The position numbers were made by a program, and so were the translations under genes. DNA of 64,000 bases from an uncultured Gammaproteobacteria bacterium (GTDB taxonomy: Bacteria > Pseudomonadota > Gammaproteobacteria > Xanthomonadales > SZUA-36): positions 136,144 to 200,143 of the forward strand of contig CAVWXX010000027.1 in assembly GCA_963759155.1 (NCBI GenBank). Direction: 5' to 3'. How positions within the stretch are numbered: the stretch's first letter is position 1; each line of letters begins with the position of its first letter. The notes beneath the pieces are model-generated. The model saw nothing but the letters and a program-made list of their open reading frames with translations. It was not told where the DNA came from and did no database searches. Below, in pieces: positions 61,193 to 64,000 of the stretch.

Positions 61193-64000
61193 TCAATTAA
61201 AAGGCTCAGCGCGTTTAATCAGCTTATCTAATCCCTTCTCTTTAGGGTTCATCGGATCACCCGGATGGATACACTCTGCCGGACAGGCTTCTGCAGCCAT
61301 TACCAGTTGCTTGAATGTACCTGCCTTGGCATCACCGATTTCAGCCTGCTGATCGTCATTGTAGACAAACACCTTGGGGTTGACCTTCAGGCAATCGTCA
61401 CAGGAGGTACAACGTATTGTGTCGATATAAGGTTCATTGCCATCGAACTCATCCGCTGGCGCTGCCGCCGGTGCCGCCGGTGCAGCTTCTGGTGCTGCCG
61501 TTTGCGCGACTGCGGCAGGTGCTGCCCCGGTTGTTGCTGCCGGAGCAGCAGCCGGTGCTGCGATACTGAAATCGGCCGGGGTATCAATTGCCGGACCATT
61601 CCAGCTCTCTGCCTTTTCGAGCAATGCCGATACAGTCGTGTCAGCGTTGCCCTTCAACAGACCTTCCGCCATCCTTCTTGCAATCAATAACGGATACTGG
61701 GTTGTCAGCTTGGCAATTTTTGCCTCGTACTCAGCTGTGATTTGAGTAATTTTGGCTTCCAGTTCTTCAGTCATGCTCTCGGCAACGGTATCACGCATGT
61801 TATCGGAAACATCAAGACCTGCGATTTCCTTCAACTGGGCCCAATAACCTAAACGCTCCACTGCAAGCCCGACGATTTCATCCGAGGCGGTCATCTTGCT
61901 GAGATGGCGGCTGGGATCAACCGTGTAAATGAAGGGTGTTACATCTGCACGTTCATCAGCGTCCATATCCACGTACTCATGGAAAGGCACCAGTTCGTCT
62001 TCACCATTGGCCTTCTTGAAGTGCTTACGGAAACGCGCTTCACCCAGTGCCCAGTCTGCCGTCGTAACAGGCAGGGTCAGTTTCTGCTCTTTGCCGTCCT
62101 CATCAAGGAAAGCCAGGTCGTAGGTCGTCCACGTATCGAGCGGTGAAGGGTTACCTTCAAGATCAATACATTCTGAGAAGGTGACGCCGGCATCCGGATC
62201 AAACACGATATTCGGTACCGCACGGCTTTCCAGGGCAAGCCTGGCCGCATCGGGTGCGCCAAAATCAGACAGGCCCCACTCAGGAGGACAAGGTGTGTTG
62301 AGGATAAACAGCGCAGGACGTCTTGCCTGCAGGCCTTTCAGTACATTCTGGATCAGGTGAGATGGTGTGGCCTGCGAAGACTGCATGACGAAGACACCAC
62401 GGTGGGCGATCGCGATAAGGGCCAGTTCTTTACGAACTTCTTCCTTACCATGATGTTCCATGCCGTATTCGGCCATGTCTGATACCTGGCTGGTAAAGCC
62501 TGATGTACATGCCTGGCCACCCGTGTTGGAGTAGACCTGTGTATCAACAACGATGACACGGATCGGCTTGTTGGTGGCCATGACCCTTGAGAGGTTCTGG
62601 AAACCGATGTCCATCATGGCGCCATCACCACCGACCGCAAACAGCGGCGGACACAGCGTGAACTCATCCTCTGTGAACTGCTCCCATTCGAATTCGTCGA
62701 AGAATTCTTCATCTGCTTCGGCATCATAGCTATCTGACAGCAGTTTCTCTGCGCGGCGCACGGAAATGAAACCGTCAGCCATCTTGCGCATATGACCTTC
62801 AAAGATACCAACCGCTACCGATGGTGCATCCTGGAACAGGTGGTTAACCCATGGGAACGGGTAGGGGTTGTAAGGATAGGATGATCCCCACACCGAACTA
62901 CAACCGGTTGAGTTGGTGAAGCCAAGGTTCGCACGACCGCGACCACTTGGACCTTCTTCATAACGCCATTTGAGATCTTTCAATTCTTCGATGGCCTTAC
63001 GAATCAGCAGCACCTGCTCTTTCTTATCCCCGCTCAGTTCGACTGAAAGTGCTTCTTCATCGGCAGACACATCCGCCAGGTCTGTTTCTGAAATCAACAG
63101 GGAATGCGCTTTTTCATCCAGGGACTTGATCAAGCGACCAAGCTGCTTCACATGCTCTTCAACACGTGGACCCATGAATGCATTGACGGTGGAGAGCAAC
63201 AGGTGGATGGTGGTTTTCTCACCACAGCCCATACATGCACCATCACCACCGGTCATGGACATGTAATTGCTTTGTTTCAGCAACAGGGATGACATAACAC
63301 CAATGCCTTCATCCAGGCTGGAAATCTTGATGTACTCGTCATTGGTTTCAGGCAGGTTGCGCCAGAGCTTCCAGTTGGACTCGAGCGTCTCCTGGAACTC
63401 GTCTGTCTGCCGTATGCTCTGCAAGGCGCCATCTGCACAGACGGCCACACAAATGTCACAACCCTTACAGGTTTCAGGATTAACCGTGATTGACAGCAGA
63501 CCGCCTGAACCTTTCTTTTTGTTCTCTGGCAAGTCGAAGAACGGTGCTGTTTTGGCTAATGGGAAATCAGCGACTGCCGCGTAAACCAGGTTGAACTGTT
63601 CATCGACTTCAGCACGACGTTCGGCATCCCAGTTATTCTTGCCGGCGACCGTCTGATAAGCCTGTGAAAAAACTTTCGCAAAGGTCTTGAATGTTCCGCT
63701 GGAGATAATGGTACGCGACTCTTTGCCAAGGTTCTTGATCAATTGAGTGAAGCGTGACAATGGATTGTCCGGTGTTGCGACGGTTCTTACCGCAGCTTCC
63801 AGGACCTCTTCTACAGTACTGACTACACCCGGAATGGCAGAGTCGGGACACTGGGTCCAGCACTTGGCGCAACCGGTACATTTTTCGGGAATAAACTCGG
63901 GGACATTGAAGCGGACCGCCGACATGTTACGCATACTCGATGTCGCCGCTGGTATGGCCGCGATAGCGGTAAATGGATCAGCGATAATATCTTTGCCGGT
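61193..64000 (-). CDS. pyruvate:ferredoxin oxidoreductase-family (PFOR/NifJ-like) protein, C-terminal ~935 aa, fused to a C-terminal ferredoxin domain (5' end outside window)
   Basis: The frame stays open upstream of the track Met through to nt 64000 (TGKDIIADPFTAIAAIPAATSS-M...). Domain V has two Cys clusters (CTGCAKCWTQCP, CKGCDICVAVCA). TPP-domain motifs are GGDGACMGCGEKT and GGDGAMMDIGFQNL. An Ala/Pro linker is followed by CTSCDDC...ACPAECIHPG. Confidence 0.85.
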   Translation of the reverse strand, partial: TGKDIIADPFTAIAAIPAATSSMRNMSAVRFNVPEFIPEKCTGCAKCWTQCPDSAIPGVVSTVEEVLEAAVRTVATPDNPLSRFTQLIKNLGKESRTIISSGTFKTFAKVFSQAYQTVAGKNNWDAERRAEVDEQFNLVYAAVADFPLAKTAPFFDLPENKKKGSGGLLSITVNPETCKGCDICVAVCADGALQSIRQTDEFQETLESNWKLWRNLPETNDEYIKISSLDEGIGVMSSLLLKQSNYMSMTGGDGACMGCGEKTTIHLLLSTVNAFMGPRVEEHVKQLGRLIKSLDEKAHSLLISETDLADVSADEEALSVELSGDKKEQVLLIRKAIEELKDLKWRYEEGPSGRGRANLGFTNSTGCSSVWGSSYPYNPYPFPWVNHLFQDAPSVAVGIFEGHMRKMADGFISVRRAEKLLSDSYDAEADEEFFDEFEWEQFTEDEFTLCPPLFAVGGDGAMMDIGFQNLSRVMATNKPIRVIVVDTQVYSNTGGQACTSGFTSQVSDMAEYGMEHHGKEEVRKELALIAIAHRGVFVMQSSQATPSHLIQNVLKGLQARRPALFILNTPCPPEWGLSDFGAPDAARLALESRAVPNIVFDPDAGVTFSECIDLEGNPSPLDTWTTYDLAFLDEDGKEQKLTLPVTTADWALGEARFRKHFKKANGEDELVPFHEYVDMDADERADVTPFIYTVDPSRHLSKMTASDEIVGLAVERLGYWAQLKEIAGLDVSDNMRDTVAESMTEELEAKITQITAEYEAKIAKLTTQYPLLIARRMAEGLLKGNADTTVSALLEKAESWNGPAIDTPADFSIAAPAAAPAATTGAAPAAVAQTAAPEAAPAAPAAAPADEFDGNEPYIDTIRCTSCDDCLKVNPKVFVYNDDQQAEIGDAKAGTFKQLVMAAEACPAECIHPGDPMNPKEKGLDKLIKRAEPFN

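Noticed and set aside
61437-61745. 102-aa plus-strand ORF rich in Ala/Gly (AGAAAGAAGAASGAA...)
   Set aside because: It is the antisense reading of the Ala/Pro linker of the PFOR-ferredoxin fusion, so it is a compositional artefact.
1-64000. Mobile elements, prophage, defence islands, and tRNA/rRNA genes
   Set aside because: I scanned both strands of the translations and the intergenic regions. I found no transposase, integrase, recombinase, restriction, Cas, toxin-antitoxin or phage structural motifs, and no tRNA-like T-arm or acceptor sequences. The only repeats found are those listed as features.

Overview
This 64-kb window looks like a chromosomal segment of a proteobacterium, likely a gammaproteobacterial chemolithoautotroph or symbiont; that placement is inferred from gene content only. 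It is densely coding, with about 57 protein genes. I found no rRNA or tRNA genes, no transposase, integrase or phage genes, no cas genes, and no recognisable defence system.

Gene blocks in order:
- 1-8.4 kb: housekeeping and detoxification genes. These are an acyl-CoA dehydrogenase 3' end, a thiopurine methyltransferase, two SAM methyltransferases, an APC permease, a GstA-like GST, a Bcr/CflA MFS pump and an orphan radical SAM enzyme.
- 8.7-11.4 kb: pyruvate,phosphate dikinase.
- 11.4-19.7 kb: an SDR / membrane protein / MOSC operon, an MBL hydrolase, and a secreted Zn-metalloprotease / DUF2249 / polytopic membrane protein operon.
- 19.9-26.8 kb: an eight-gene minus-strand operon of ACP, FabZ-like dehydratase, non-catalytic KS-like protein, KS, KR, Zn-ADH-like protein, LpxL-family acyltransferase and PPTase. 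Its order matches the rhizobial acpXL-lpxXL lipid A very-long-chain fatty acid locus.
- 27.0-28.2 kb: a frameshifted hemerythrin gene, then a 690-nt non-coding region holding a perfect 28-bp inverted repeat and three roughly 40-nt direct repeats.
- 28.2-33.7 kb: serine hydrolase, MetZ, a small MTH1187/YkoF-like protein, a NarL-type response regulator, a REC-Hpt protein and a TVP38 protein.
- 33.9-41.7 kb: the most unusual locus. An AGAT-family amidinotransferase sits directly upstream of a 1425-aa membrane-embedded single-module NRPS with the Pls/PosA (poly-lysine / poly-ornithine synthetase) architecture. A dedicated Sfp-type PPTase and a TraX-like membrane protein follow.
- 41.9-48.5 kb: M14 peptidase, YhhN, an SQR-like flavoprotein, ArfB and sulfide:quinone oxidoreductase.
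- 48.6-53.8 kb: the hoxFUYH-hoxW NAD-reducing [NiFe] hydrogenase operon.
- 54.2-64.0 kb: an MgtC/DUF4010 protein and REP-like palindromes flanking apbE, then a small Cys-rich membrane ORF missing from the ORF track. These are followed by rnfCDGEA with no rnfB in the window. Upstream of rnfC is a PFOR-family oxidoreductase that carries a C-terminal Ala/Pro linker plus ferredoxin domain and runs off the window edge.
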